Positions 38,209 through 48,400 of a stretch of 64,000 nucleotides of DNA are shown one piece after another. Every line of letters starts with the position of its first letter. Within the stretch, counting starts at the first letter, position 1. This DNA comes from Candidatus Poribacteria bacterium. GTDB lineage: Bacteria; Poribacteria; WGA-4E; WGA-3G. The position numbers and the translations under genes are program-made. Below the pieces are notes generated by a model. That model did not search any database and was not told the DNA's origin. It saw nothing but the letters and a program-made list of their open reading frames with translations. The DNA lies in contig OZ242349.1 in assembly GCA_965208635.1 (NCBI GenBank), positions 4,925,696 through 4,989,695 of the forward strand, in the 5' to 3' direction.

Positions 38209-39147
38209 TTAGTCATCCTGCGGCTGAGCATACGAACTACCACCATAACTACGGACGGTTAGACTCCGTTTGTTTCGTTGGTGCCGAAGCCAATCCCATA
38301 AAAGCCCTCGATTCGGGGCAAAAAGGATCGAGAACCCTACGACCACTGTTGCACACAACACAATCGTTGGACCCGTCGGGATGCGTGAAGCACTACTACT
38401 GATAATAGTTCCACTCACGCCAGCGAGTGCCCCAAAGCATGCCGCGAGAAACACCATCACGCTCAACTTATCTGTCCACTGCCGTGCGGCGACTGCTGGC
38501 GCGACCAACATAGCACTCATCAGGACAGCACCGACAGCCTGCAAACCGAGAACGATTGCTATAACCAGGAGGCTCGTCAACAGAATATCAAGGACGCGGG
38601 TCGGAAAACCAAGCGATGCCGCGAAACCTTCATCGAAAACCAGCAACTTCAACTCCTTCCAAAAGACAAGCATGATGGCGATTGCAATGCCCCCGAGTAT
38701 ACCTATGGTTAAGACATCGCTCTTCAGCATTGTGGCGGCTTGTCCGAAGAGAAACGTATCTAATCCCGCCTGATTTGCGTTACCGGTCCGCTGAATCAGT
38801 GTATGCAGCACCAAACCGAATCCGAAAAAGGTAGAGAGAATGATCGCAAGCGCGCTATCGTATTTGATACGCGTCAACCTCACGACACTCAAAATGAGTA
38901 GCGTGCCGAGCCAGCCTGCAATTGCTGCCCCAAGGACCAGAATTAGAGGTGTTTTGCTTCCCGTCAGCAGAAATGCGATTGCAATACCGGGCAACGCGGC
39001 ATGCGAGATTGCATCGCCGAGAAGGCTCTGCCGTCGCAAAACCGCATAGGTGCCAAGTGCCCCACTCACAGTGCCAAGTAATGCAGCACCAATGGCAACA
39101 ATCACGAGCGTATAATCAAGATGGGTTAAGATATTTAGAGTTTCCAT
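38209..39147 (-). CDS. ABC-3 family metal transporter permease
   Basis: Paralogous TM pattern. The ORF-track start is a TTG; I prefer the ATG (METLNIL...) at 39145-39147. Confidence 0.65.
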   Translation of the reverse strand: METLNILTHLDYTLVIVAIGAALLGTVSGALGTYAVLRRQSLLGDAISHAALPGIAIAFLLTGSKTPLILVLGAAIAGWLGTLLILSVVRLTRIKYDSALAIILSTFFGFGLVLHTLIQRTGNANQAGLDTFLFGQAATMLKSDVLTIGILGGIAIAIMLVFWKELKLLVFDEGFAASLGFPTRVLDILLTSLLVIAIVLGLQAVGAVLMSAMLVAPAVAARQWTDKLSVMVFLAACFGALAGVSGTIISSSASRIPTGPTIVLCATVVVGFSILFAPNRGLLWDWLRHQRNKRSLTVRSYGGSSYAQPQDD

Positions 39148-39221
39148 GATCAGTATGGAATAGAAGTAAATCGCGTTTGAAAACCGCTCCCACAAATCTG
39201 GTTTTGGCGCACGGAGTATGC

Positions 39222-39965
39222 CTACGACTTTGTTATAAATGCGACGCGACCACCGTAAGTTGTCCGCAAATTTTCAGGTGTAAAGGTTTCATCAATAGGA
39301 CCGCTCGCGATCCGACGAATATTCAAAAGCATTACCCAATCGAAATAGTCCGTTACCGTTTGTAAATCGTGATGCACCACGACAACCGTTTTTCCCTTTT
39401 CTCGGAGTTCTTGAAGTAGCGTAACAATCGCTCGCTCTGTAGTAGCATCAACGCCTTGAAAAGGCTCATCCATCAAATATACTGTAGCGTCTTGAACAAG
39501 GGCACGGGCAAGGAAAACACGTTGTTGTTGTCCACCGGAGAGTTGACTGATTTGCCGGGTGGTATACGTCTCCATACCGACCTTTTCTAAGGCATGCATA
39601 GCAAGCTCCCGCTCCTGCTTCCCCGGTCGTCGCACCCACCCAAGTGCACCGTAACGCCCCATCATGACCACATCTAAGACGTTTGTCGGAAAATCCCAGT
39701 CAACGGTGCCCCGTTGGGGGACATAGCCGACAATCCGACGTTGTGCTTCATAAGGCTTGTCATAAATCAAGACGTTGCCTGCCGCGGGACGCACCAATCC
39801 CAAAATCGCCTTGATCAGTGTTGTTTTGCCTGCACCGTTGGGACCAACAATTGCTAAAAGCACACCCGGCGGCACATCCAAGTCGACATCCCACAAGACA
39901 GGTTGATCTTGATAGGCAACTGTTAGATCTGTTACTTCAATGGCTTTCGTTTCGGACACTCGCAC
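39222..39965 (-). CDS. Metal ABC transporter ATP-binding protein (MntA/ZnuC-like)
   Basis: Walker [10 protein letters not shown]; signature LSGGQQQR; Walker B LLDEPF; GTG start 2 nt after the upstream stop, with GGTGGAG upstream. Confidence 0.8.
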   Translation of the reverse strand: MRVSETKAIEVTDLTVAYQDQPVLWDVDLDVPPGVLLAIVGPNGAGKTTLIKAILGLVRPAAGNVLIYDKPYEAQRRIVGYVPQRGTVDWDFPTNVLDVVMMGRYGALGWVRRPGKQERELAMHALEKVGMETYTTRQISQLSGGQQQRVFLARALVQDATVYLMDEPFQGVDATTERAIVTLLQELREKGKTVVVVHHDLQTVTDYFDWVMLLNIRRIASGPIDETFTPENLRTTYGGRVAFITKS

Positions 39966-39967
39966 AC

Positions 39968-40927
39968 CTAATTCTCCACCATAGAACTGGCAGATGTTCT
40001 CCCAATGAGTGCTGTCACAATCGTATCAATGTTATGGCGAACCATACCGATATAAGTGCCTTCAGGTGTTCCCTCGTTCCCCATGGCATCGGAAAAAAGT
40101 TCTCCACCAATTTCGACATCAAACCCTTTTGACTTCACGGCGGCTTTCACTGCTTCAAGACTTCTTGTAGAGACGGAGGATTCCACAAAAATTGCAGGGA
40201 TACGCCGTTCGGCTATAAAAGCCGCCAGCTCCTGAACATCAGCGATACCTGCTTCTGTTGCGGTGCTAATACCTTGTAGTCCGCGCACCTCAAACCCATA
40301 AGCCTTCCCGAAGTAGTTAAAAGCGTCGTGAGCCGTTACGAGCACCCGCTGTTCAGATGGTACACGCGCTGCCTGTGCCTTCACGTATTCGTGAAGTTCA
40401 GCGAGTCTGGCGAGGTAGTGTTCAGCGTTGGTGTAGTACATTAACGTATTGTCCGAATCGACTTCACTTAACGTATCACGAACTCTTCCCACCGCTTCCA
40501 TCCAAAGCGGCACATCAAACCACAAGTGCGGATCGTATTGCCCTTCAAATTCTGGCGGTCTCAGCAGCAGACTGCGGTCAACTACATCTGTCACGGCAAC
40601 AGTTTTCGTATCTCCAGACATTTTGGCAAGGATGTCACCCATTTTAGACTCAAGGTGCAGTCCGTTATAGAAAATGAGTTGCGCCGAAGTTAATCGCTGT
40701 ACATCACCGGCACTCGCCTTATAAAGGTGTGGATCTACCCCGGGCCCCATTAATCCTGTGACCTCAACGCGTTCACCACCAACATTTTTAACAATATCGG
40801 TAACCATACCGATCGTCGTGACAACGCGAAGTTTCCCACTTGTGGAAGCATCAGGTTGCCCTTTCGGATCGCACCCAATGAACACAAAAACGACTATCAA
40901 ACATAGTAAAATATAAACTCTATACAT
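39968..40927 (-). CDS. Periplasmic metal-binding lipoprotein (cluster 9 SBP; ZnuA/MntC/TroA-like)
   Basis: Lipobox ...VFVFIGC; conserved His/Glu/Asp metal-site spacing. ATG at 40925-40927 (the ORF-track TTG at 40942 is rejected). Confidence 0.7.
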   Translation of the reverse strand: MYRVYILLCLIVVFVFIGCDPKGQPDASTSGKLRVVTTIGMVTDIVKNVGGERVEVTGLMGPGVDPHLYKASAGDVQRLTSAQLIFYNGLHLESKMGDILAKMSGDTKTVAVTDVVDRSLLLRPPEFEGQYDPHLWFDVPLWMEAVGRVRDTLSEVDSDNTLMYYTNAEHYLARLAELHEYVKAQAARVPSEQRVLVTAHDAFNYFGKAYGFEVRGLQGISTATEAGIADVQELAAFIAERRIPAIFVESSVSTRSLEAVKAAVKSKGFDVEIGGELFSDAMGNEGTPEGTYIGMVRHNIDTIVTALIGRTSASSMVEN

Positions 40928-40931
40928 ACTT

Positions 40932-42071
40932 TTAATTCCCAAAAAAGAAGCGTTCTAAGAACTCACCGACGAGGTAACCAACACCTGCGACACCAAGCCC
41001 TACAACAAACATGTCAATACCACTGCGAAACAAACCACGTCCGGTGAAGACACTCCGAGCAGCACCGACAGCAAAGTGAGACAACATAGCTAATGTGAAC
41101 GAAATCCAGATAGCAACTAATCCCTCTGTAAAAAGGAACGGGGCGACCGGGATGAACGCACCAATAGCAGTTGCGAACCCAGTAATCCAGCCTTCTTTTA
41201 ACGGGGTTGCATAGACTTCCCCGATTTTAAGTTCGGTTTGAATTTTCTCTCCGAGCGCTCTTTCCGGATCGCTCATCACTTCCTTGGCAAGCTCGCGAGC
41301 CTGTTCTTCCGGCATACCTCGCGCCGCATAAATCAGAGCGAGTTCCTCCTCCTCAATGTCAGGCATGAGGCGAATTTCCTCTTTTTCAACCTCGATTTCA
41401 TGTTCATAAACCTCTTGTTCACTTTTTGCCGCAAGGTATCCCGAAGCTCCCATAGAGAGGGCGTCAGCGACCGTCCCAATGATGCCTGTCACAAGAATTG
41501 TGGAGAGATCCGATGTCGCCGCGATGACCCCAGCGACTAAACCGAAGTTCGCCGTTAATCCATCGTTAAACCCATAAACAATGTTGCCGACCATCCCCCC
41601 AGATTCCGTTTTGTGCCACGGTTCGCCAACCGTGCCGGTGAGTTCTTTCAAACTCTCGGTATGCATCGCGGATTCTTTGGCTAAAATAAGTGCTGTCTCC
41701 TTCGCATCTGCCAATGTGCTGTTCCTGTGAAGCGTTAGATAGTCCTTAACTTCACTAGCCTCCTCACCGAGCATCTGTGAGAGTGGAAACTCACTACCGA
41801 ACTTACGAGCATACCACGCCATCAATCTTGCTTTCAACGTTGGTCGCTGCTTCTTAACCTTTATATCGTAGGTGGCAAGCATCTCCCGCCAACGTATTAC
41901 ATGCCGATTTTCTACTCCGGCGAGTTCACTTAATATGTCCTTTCGCTTTGGATCGGACTCAAGACCAGCGAAAACACTATAAAGGAAACCCGCGTCAACT
42001 TCATCCTGTAAATGGTGTTTCCATATCTTGATTGTTTTTCTATCCGGCCGTATCTGGTTTTGCTGTTCCAT
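40932..42071 (-). CDS. MbfA-like protein: N-terminal ferritin-like (erythrin) domain fused to a C-terminal VIT1/CCC1 metal-exporter membrane domain
   Basis: N-terminal ExxH-type ferritin-like pairs (LQDEVDAGFLY...ELAGVENRHV), then a C-terminal approximately 5-TM VIT1-like region (GFNDGLTANFGLVAGV...). Confidence 0.55.
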   Translation of the reverse strand: MEQQNQIRPDRKTIKIWKHHLQDEVDAGFLYSVFAGLESDPKRKDILSELAGVENRHVIRWREMLATYDIKVKKQRPTLKARLMAWYARKFGSEFPLSQMLGEEASEVKDYLTLHRNSTLADAKETALILAKESAMHTESLKELTGTVGEPWHKTESGGMVGNIVYGFNDGLTANFGLVAGVIAATSDLSTILVTGIIGTVADALSMGASGYLAAKSEQEVYEHEIEVEKEEIRLMPDIEEEELALIYAARGMPEEQARELAKEVMSDPERALGEKIQTELKIGEVYATPLKEGWITGFATAIGAFIPVAPFLFTEGLVAIWISFTLAMLSHFAVGAARSVFTGRGLFRSGIDMFVVGLGVAGVGYLVGEFLERFFFGN

Positions 42072-42213
42072 TTTTTTATAGTTGTCAGCAGTCAGTAATC
42101 AGTTGTCGGTTAAGAAGTTTCATGTAAAAATTCATCATTTCCCAAGATATTCCAAGTTGGTAAAGATTGTTACAGCAACTCTTAACCAATAGCCGACAGC
42201 CGATAGCCAATAA

Positions 42214-42873
42214 CTATTCCTCCACATCCTCGACAAAGACATGTTTCGCAACCTCACGTCCAATAACGACCTGCTGTCCTGCAACGTCAATAGTAAAGGG
42301 CCCCTCAAACGGAGCTACCTCAATGACTCGGAACGCCGTGCCCGGGTAGAGATTGAAACTTCCTAAATGCCGAAGCAATGCCGAATCAGTGTCACTCACT
42401 TCAGCAACAACACAGGACTGTCCATTACGCAAGTCTGTCATTGGAACGGACGGAGTTTTTGTCACAACGCCGTTTTTATCGGGTATTGGTGCACCATGCG
42501 GATCAGCAGTTGGGTAGCCGAGAAACGCGTCCATCCGTGCTTCCACATCTTCCGATATGACATGTTCCAATTTCTCGGCTTCATCGTGAACACCATCCCA
42601 CGGGACACCGAGTGCCTTGAATAGATAAAGTTCCAACAAACGATGGTGCCGGATAATTTCAAGTGCGATTGCCTTCCCAGCATCCGTCAGTGTGACGCCC
42701 TGATAGCGCTCATGTCTTACCAGTTGCATCGTCTTTAGTTTTTTAATCATCCCGGTGGCAGATGCTGGCTTCACATTGAGATATTCCGCCAAAATACCGG
42801 TCGAAACTTTACCGACCTTCTCTTGCAATTTATAGATTGACTTGAGGTAATCCTCAGCTGCATGTGTAAGCAT
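42214..42873 (-). CDS. DtxR/MntR-family metal-dependent transcriptional repressor with a C-terminal SH3-like/FeoA domain
   Basis: MLTHAAEDYLKSIYKL...ATGMIKKL...RYQGVTLTDAGK...RHHRLLELYL is the classic DtxR N-terminal HTH plus metal-site region. ATG at 42871-42873 (the ORF-track TTG is rejected); GGAAAG upstream. Confidence 0.75.
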   Translation of the reverse strand: MLTHAAEDYLKSIYKLQEKVGKVSTGILAEYLNVKPASATGMIKKLKTMQLVRHERYQGVTLTDAGKAIALEIIRHHRLLELYLFKALGVPWDGVHDEAEKLEHVISEDVEARMDAFLGYPTADPHGAPIPDKNGVVTKTPSVPMTDLRNGQSCVVAEVSDTDSALLRHLGSFNLYPGTAFRVIEVAPFEGPFTIDVAGQQVVIGREVAKHVFVEDVEE

Positions 42874-42961
42874 TGTTCTTTCCAATCCGCAAAGGGAGCT
42901 GACAATGCTCTTCGTTTTCCCCTGCGGTACGTTAATGTACAGGCATTACACCCATTCAGTT

Positions 42962-42980
42962 TTAGGCACTATGTGCCAAG
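42962..42980. promoter_or_regulatory. Palindrome TTAGGCAC-TAT-GTGCCAAG in the dtxR-operon leader; possible second DtxR-family box
   Basis: 7-bp inverted arms AGGCAC/GTGCC[T] read directly. Confidence 0.3.
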
Positions 42981-43005
42981 ATTGTTAGAAACGTTGAGAA
43001 ATTAA

Positions 43006-43021
43006 TTTAGGCATACCTAAA
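43006..43021 (-). promoter_or_regulatory. Candidate DtxR/MntR operator TTTAGG-CATA-CCTAAA (coding-strand reading TTTAGGTATGCCTAAATTAA, 15/19 to the TTAGGTTAGCCTAACCTAA consensus) immediately downstream of the -10
   Basis: Perfect 6-bp inverted arms; the position overlaps the predicted transcription start of the metal-uptake operon. Confidence 0.45.
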
Positions 43022-43049
43022 TTATATATTATGCAAAACAAAATGTCAA
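43021..43049 (-). promoter_or_regulatory. Sigma70-type promoter for the dtxR-mbfA-mnt operon: -35 TTGACA, 17-bp spacer, -10 TATAAT (minus strand)
   Basis: The + strand has TGTCAA at 43044-43049 and ATTATA at 43021-43026, i.e. a perfect consensus on the minus strand with a 17-nt spacer. Confidence 0.5.
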
Positions 43050-43057
43050 ATTTTAAT

Positions 43058-43087
43058 TTTTCCTTGCGGTTCGGTCAGGTAGATTTG
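43058..43087. repeat. 30-bp dispersed repeat TTTTCCTTGCGGTTCGGTCAGGTAGATTTG (copy 1); its reverse complement contains the GAACCGCAAGGAA leader motif
   Basis: Identical to 48278-48307. Confidence 0.6.
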
Positions 43088-43214
43088 GATGCTCACGTGC
43101 TTCTCCGTATATCCGCCTGCGCGTTGTTGCAGGCTACAGTTTCTCTTTAACAGAAGAAATAGAAGCACACAGACTTCCGATTTGCCCAGAAGTCTCTTTA
43201 CTGATTGCTGATTG

Positions 43215-44267
43215 CTAAAAGTCGTTGAATACCTTTACGGGTTGTCCAGTTTCAATAGACTCCCACGCGGCTACACCGACAGCAATAGACTTCGCCCCGT
43301 CAATCACATTCGGTGACGGTTCTAAATCTTCCTCAAGACACTGCTGAAAATGGCGCATATATCGGATAACCGTCTGTCCATGTCCATAAACACTTGTATC
43401 TATTTCAGGAGGACAGATCACTTCAAAGGGTTCTCTGACGGACATTTTATCGAGCATCAACTTGACGTGTCCTTCTTTGTTGTCCGTAAAATCCCCAATT
43501 ACCGTCCCTTTGCTTCCGAAAACGGAGATCTGCTGCATCGGCATCGGGGGATGGACGACATCGTAAAGCCCCATCGCTCTCGCAATCTGTCCACTCTTAA
43601 ACTTCAGGTTGAGAAAAAAATTGTTCTTTATAGGGTATTCCGGTGTGAGCAATCCTTTCGTCCCATAGGCGTGCACCTCATCTATATCACCGAGGAGACA
43701 GCGCAATAAATCAACAGGGTGCACAATACCGCCGAACATCAAATCTTGCGGTTCATGGAGTCGCCACGGCGTGAAATCGTAGACCTCGCGCATGTCGTGG
43801 ACATAATAGGCATCCGCCAGCATAATGTCGCCTAAATCACCATCATCGAGAAACGCTTTCATTGTCAAAAATTGGAGATCAAACCGCATCGACTGCCCCA
43901 CAAGGAATTTGACCTTATGCTCGCGCACCAGATCCACCAAGTGTTGTGCGTCGTCTAACTTGGTCACCATCGGCTTTGTGCAAATGACATGCTTACCGGC
44001 TTCAATCGCCGCGACGCAATGCTCGGCATGCAAGTGGTCGGGGGAATAGATAGCGACGACAGAAATATCTTCCCGCTGCACCAGTTCGCGATAATCCGTC
44101 GTCCAAAAGTCCACGCCAATTTGGTTGGCATAGTTCTCCAGCACATCCGCTCGCTTCGCGCAGATACCGCGGAGTTCATATTTCAGATCCGGTACATCCT
44201 TTAACAGTGTCGCAGTTGATCCCATATTCGTGGGATTCATCCCAATAACGCCTAATCCTATTGCCAT
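43215..44267 (-). CDS. Gfo/Idh/MocA family oxidoreductase
   Basis: MAIGLGVIGMN Rossmann start; AAGGAG RBS; ATG. Confidence 0.65.
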   Translation of the reverse strand: MAIGLGVIGMNPTNMGSTATLLKDVPDLKYELRGICAKRADVLENYANQIGVDFWTTDYRELVQREDISVVAIYSPDHLHAEHCVAAIEAGKHVICTKPMVTKLDDAQHLVDLVREHKVKFLVGQSMRFDLQFLTMKAFLDDGDLGDIMLADAYYVHDMREVYDFTPWRLHEPQDLMFGGIVHPVDLLRCLLGDIDEVHAYGTKGLLTPEYPIKNNFFLNLKFKSGQIARAMGLYDVVHPPMPMQQISVFGSKGTVIGDFTDNKEGHVKLMLDKMSVREPFEVICPPEIDTSVYGHGQTVIRYMRHFQQCLEEDLEPSPNVIDGAKSIAVGVAAWESIETGQPVKVFNDF

Positions 44268-44340
44268 TTCGTATCTCCTTCCTAAGTCAGTTGACGTACC
44301 GCTATTCTATCACAATTCGCTTTTGTTGGCAAATAGGAGA

Positions 44341-45978
44341 TTATTTTTCGATATCTGTGTCAAGTTCCCTCGCCTTTTTGAAATCCGCCTTCGCTTCCCT
44401 TTTTTGCCCAAGCCACACTTTCACAAGTGCGCGATTGTAGTAGGCTCTGGCAAAATCAGGTTTGAGACCGACGGTTTTGTCGAAATCCTCAAGTGCTCCA
44501 CTATAGTCATCAAGAGCCGCCTTCGCGACACCGCGCGTGTGGTAGCCGTAAGGATGCTCCGCGTCAAGTTCGATAGCCGAATCACAATCAGTTATTCCTG
44601 CTTCGTATAGGCTTCGGGCATCTGCCATATTTCCTTTATCAAATTCAAAATCCGCCAAGCAAATCCTCGTATATCCACGAATGATGTAGGCGTATGCATC
44701 ATGCCGGTCATAACTGATAGCCTTATCAAAGTCTTCAATCGCGGCGTAATAGTACCGCTGTGCTTCCGTGGCATGTCCTTGGTTAGTTTCAGAGATGCCC
44801 AAGGCGACCTTTACCGCCCCACGCTCGGCGTATGAGGGAAACTTTGGGTAGATACCGATGGCTTTATCAAAGTCTTCAATCGCTGAACGATAGTACTGTT
44901 GCGATACCTCGGTATGTCCCTTGATAAATTCAGAGTGCCCAAGGAGGGTTCTCGCATAGCCGCGCTTGAAATACGCGGGAGTATTCTTGGGGGTAATGCT
45001 GATGGCTTTATCAAGATCCTGAATCGCTGAACGATAATATTGCTGTGCTACCTTTGGCGCATTTTTGTCAAATTGAGAGCGACCCAGGTGGGCTTTGGCA
45101 TATCCACGATTTTCATATCTCATGTCTATTCCTATGAATGTAGGATTTATCGTAAAAAAATTATCAATTGCCTCTATCGCACCAGCATAGTCAGCAGCAT
45201 AGAATCTCTCTGATGATTGTCCGAGGTAGAGATAGGCGCGTATTGTGTCCCTCTTCTGCCATTTCGCCAAAGGCTCAACTGCTCCCGACCGGTCGAGTAG
45301 TCCTTTGAGTACGTTTGACCCAACGGCATAACCGATAGCACCGCTACCAGCAACAGTAATACCGACGACTTCGCCTTTGGTATTCAGCACAGGACCGCCA
45401 CTGGTACCCCCCGGACTGTTGGGTGTTACACGAAGCCACACACCGTTAAGCCGCTCCGGAAGGACGGTGTTCTCCATGATATTAAATCTATCAGCAGGAT
45501 AGCCTACATAGCTTACACCGAAAACAGTCTCACTACTGCTAACTGCGTCACTATTGCCGAGGACAAGCGGTCCGCCTTCTCCAGATATTTGTAGAATGAC
45601 GAGATCATTTTGGGTATCAAATGCCGTAACACCTCGAATTGTATAGTTCGCGTTATCGGTCCTCACGTGTAATGACGCAAGATCAGCATCTGCAAGACCA
45701 TGAATGTTAGTAACAACCTTGTCATTTGCCACGAAAAAGCCGCTACCGATCATCGTTGAATCTCCCTCTCCGTAAACCACACGTACTGTGGATTTTCTGA
45801 CTTTTTCTGCGTCTAAACCCTCAGCCACACCCAGAGGTATACCGGGACCTAATGGCGTGCCGCGTGGCATAGCGTACACTGGGTGCAATTCAATACGTTG
45901 GGGTGTCCGAGTACATGAAAGCATTAGCCCTAAAGCGAGAAAACTGAGTAAAAATTTAGTGATGCGGTTCATCAACAT
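44341..45978 (-). CDS. Lipoprotein with an N-terminal trypsin-like serine peptidase domain and C-terminal TPR repeats
   Basis: GSGFFVANDKVVTNIHG (His), DLVILQI (Asp), GGTSGGPVLN (Ser) catalytic triad context; about 6 TPR-like repeats (YAKAHLGRSQFDKN...). Lipobox LMLSC. I prefer the ATG at 45976-45978, after GGAAGGG. Confidence 0.65.
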   Translation of the reverse strand: MLMNRITKFLLSFLALGLMLSCTRTPQRIELHPVYAMPRGTPLGPGIPLGVAEGLDAEKVRKSTVRVVYGEGDSTMIGSGFFVANDKVVTNIHGLADADLASLHVRTDNANYTIRGVTAFDTQNDLVILQISGEGGPLVLGNSDAVSSSETVFGVSYVGYPADRFNIMENTVLPERLNGVWLRVTPNSPGGTSGGPVLNTKGEVVGITVAGSGAIGYAVGSNVLKGLLDRSGAVEPLAKWQKRDTIRAYLYLGQSSERFYAADYAGAIEAIDNFFTINPTFIGIDMRYENRGYAKAHLGRSQFDKNAPKVAQQYYRSAIQDLDKAISITPKNTPAYFKRGYARTLLGHSEFIKGHTEVSQQYYRSAIEDFDKAIGIYPKFPSYAERGAVKVALGISETNQGHATEAQRYYYAAIEDFDKAISYDRHDAYAYIIRGYTRICLADFEFDKGNMADARSLYEAGITDCDSAIELDAEHPYGYHTRGVAKAALDDYSGALEDFDKTVGLKPDFARAYYNRALVKVWLGQKREAKADFKKARELDTDIEK

Positions 45979-46082
45979 GTTCCCTTCCATAGTTGAAGTT
46001 TCAATTGCATATTCAAATGATACTGACTGTTTTCAATATTAGTTTATAATTTGGTCAGTCTTCTTCAAAAAGATGTGAAGCC

Positions 46083-46167
46083 CTATAAACATATCGTCCC
46101 TACGGGACTCAAGAGGGTGTAGATGACGTTTTTCTATAAACATATCGTCTCTACGGGACTCAAGAGC
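46083..46167. repeat. Two 33-bp direct repeats CTATAAACATATCGTC(C/T)CTACGGGACTCAAGAG separated by 19 bp, 220 nt upstream of the TRAP permease gene; each contains the palindrome GTCCCTACGGGAC
   Basis: Read directly; 32/33 identity. Confidence 0.6.
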
Positions 46168-46385
46168 ATATCAATCCATGAGAAACGTGGACGAAATATT
46201 CTGCTGATGTGAAACGATGTTTTACAAAAAGTTATTTAGCACAACTCGTTAAAGTATACAATTTATGACGGAAAAGAAAATAACGAAAACTTAGAGCATA
46301 AAGAGATCGTACCTATGAAAACTGTTGCCTTACGCACCAATATGATGTAGAATTATTTAAAGGGATTACCCACAGCGGAGGAAAA

Positions 46386-48302
46386 ATGACACAAACTGAA
46401 ACCAAAGAGATCTCCGGTCTTGACACCCAACGAACCGAGTTAGAAAAAATATACAGATGGATTTTTGAACTCGGTGCGGCTGCCCTCGTTCTCTTTTATA
46501 TCTACAGTGCGGGGTTTGGGAGTGCCAACGAGCAATTCCATCTCGGTTTCTATATGCTACTGACCTTCGCACTGATCGGTATCTTTTACCGATGTCGGAA
46601 GAATTCCCCAACATCCCGTCCATCACTCGTAGACTTGGGTATGATTGCGCTCAGCATCTTCACTATCGGCTACTGGATTGTAGAGTACCCGGATCTCGTC
46701 AATCGGGCAGGCAATTACAATCAACTCGATATTTTTGTAGGTGCAGTCGCAATAGTGATTAGTTTTGAAGTGAGCCGTCGGACAGTCGGGTGGGCATTGC
46801 CCATCATCGCCATAATCGGTATCCTATATGCCCTTGTGGGACGCTCTTTGCCAGATGCTATCTCGCACCATGGATTTACACTCCGCAGGATTATCGAATA
46901 CTGTTATTTCAGTCAAGCGGGTGTATTCGGCATCATGGCGAACGTGATGGCAACGTATGTGATTCTCTTTATCTTCTTCGGGGCGTTTCTGGAGAAATCA
47001 GGGGTCGGACAATTCTTTATCAATCTGCCGATGTCCTTGGCGGGCCGTTCAACAGGCGGGGCAGCAAAGGTTTCAGTTATGACTTCTGGTTTCTTTGGCT
47101 CTGTTGCGGGAAGCGCGATTGCGAACACAGTCGCCACTGGGACGTTCACTATACCGTTGATGAAACGGACCGGCTTCCGCCCACACGTCGCTGGGGCAGT
47201 CGAGGCTTCCGCCTCTGTAGGTGGGCAATTTTTACCACCCGTGATGGGAGCAGGTGCGTTTCTCATGGCAGAACGAACAGGGCTTCCATATAGTCAAATT
47301 GCGCTCCTATCCATCGTGCCAGCGGTTCTCTACTTTTTATCCGTCTGGGTCATGGTGCATTTTGAAGCGAAAAAGCAGGGAATTGAACGGATACAAGATT
47401 CAGAGATCCCCAAATTTTTACCTCTTCTTAAAAGCGGCTGGTATTACTTACTACCGTTGCTCACGCTTGTCGGCATCTTAATCGCTGGGTATACCGCTTA
47501 CAAAGCGGCATTCTTCTCGATTCTTGTTACAATTGTAGTGAGCTATTTCCGTCCAGAAACACGACTCACACCGAAACGTATCTGGGAAGCAATGGTGACG
47601 GGTGCAAAGAACTCGCTTGCCATTGGCGGTGCCGTTGGCACTATCGGCATCATCGTTGCTGTCATAGACTTAACTGGCTTGGGACGGATATTCCCGGACT
47701 TAGTGCTGTCGGTTGCGGGGAGTAGCAAGGTTATCGCGATTCTGCTTCTCGCGGCGGCATCTTTAGTTCTGGGTATGGGTATTCCTGTGACCGCCGCCTA
47801 CCTGATCACTTCCGAACTCGCTGTGCCGATCCTAACAACTCCTGAGATGGGCATACCGATTATCGCGGCACACCTCATCATTTTCTGGCTGAGCCAAGAC
47901 TCCAACATCACGCCGCCGGTCGCCTTGGGTGCATACGCTGGTGCCGCCATCGCTCGTGCCGATCCATGGAAAACAGGGTGGGCATGCTTCAAGTTTTCCA
48001 AACTCCTCTATATCATGCCACTGCTGTTCGCGTATACGCACATCCTATTTACAGGCGGCACTTTGTTTTCCTACACTCTATCTGTGGTATCGGCTGTCGT
48101 CGGCACAGTTATCTTCTCAATTGTAACGATGGGCTTCTTCGTCCGCAAAACGTATTGGTATGAATGGATATTGCTGGCACTTGCGACGTTCCTCGCCTAC
48201 GTCTATAACATCTGGACGTTCCTTATCGCTATAGTCCTCGTTGCGATTGTGTACATCCTCCAGAAACGTACTTCTAATTTTCCTTGCGGTTCGGTCAGGT
48301 AG
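46386..48302 (+). CDS. TAXI-family TRAP transporter fused 4TM/12TM permease
   Basis: 638 aa polytopic protein with DctQ-like then DctM-like halves; GGAGG RBS; the stop codon lies inside the 30-bp dispersed repeat. Confidence 0.65.
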   Translation: MTQTETKEISGLDTQRTELEKIYRWIFELGAAALVLFYIYSAGFGSANEQFHLGFYMLLTFALIGIFYRCRKNSPTSRPSLVDLGMIALSIFTIGYWIVEYPDLVNRAGNYNQLDIFVGAVAIVISFEVSRRTVGWALPIIAIIGILYALVGRSLPDAISHHGFTLRRIIEYCYFSQAGVFGIMANVMATYVILFIFFGAFLEKSGVGQFFINLPMSLAGRSTGGAAKVSVMTSGFFGSVAGSAIANTVATGTFTIPLMKRTGFRPHVAGAVEASASVGGQFLPPVMGAGAFLMAERTGLPYSQIALLSIVPAVLYFLSVWVMVHFEAKKQGIERIQDSEIPKFLPLLKSGWYYLLPLLTLVGILIAGYTAYKAAFFSILVTIVVSYFRPETRLTPKRIWEAMVTGAKNSLAIGGAVGTIGIIVAVIDLTGLGRIFPDLVLSVAGSSKVIAILLLAAASLVLGMGIPVTAAYLITSELAVPILTTPEMGIPIIAAHLIIFWLSQDSNITPPVALGAYAGAAIARADPWKTGWACFKFSKLLYIMPLLFAYTHILFTGGTLFSYTLSVVSAVVGTVIFSIVTMGFFVRKTYWYEWILLALATFLAYVYNIWTFLIAIVLVAIVYILQKRTSNFPCGSVR

Positions 48303-48307
48303 ATTTG
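48278..48307. repeat. 30-bp dispersed repeat, copy 2 (it supplies the last 8 codons and the stop of the TRAP permease)
   Basis: Identical to 43058-43087. Confidence 0.6.
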
Positions 48308-48400
48308 AAATTTGAAGTCAATGCCCGTAGAACCGCCCTCCGCTACGCTTACGGGCTACAGGTCTTCAAATAACTTTCAATGCTGCACTCTGATGGCTGA

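Noticed and set aside
46083-46167. Possible minimal CRISPR array (two 33-bp repeats)
   Set aside because: There are only two repeats, the spacer is 19 bp (too short), and no cas genes are anywhere in the window. A regulatory direct-repeat pair is more plausible.
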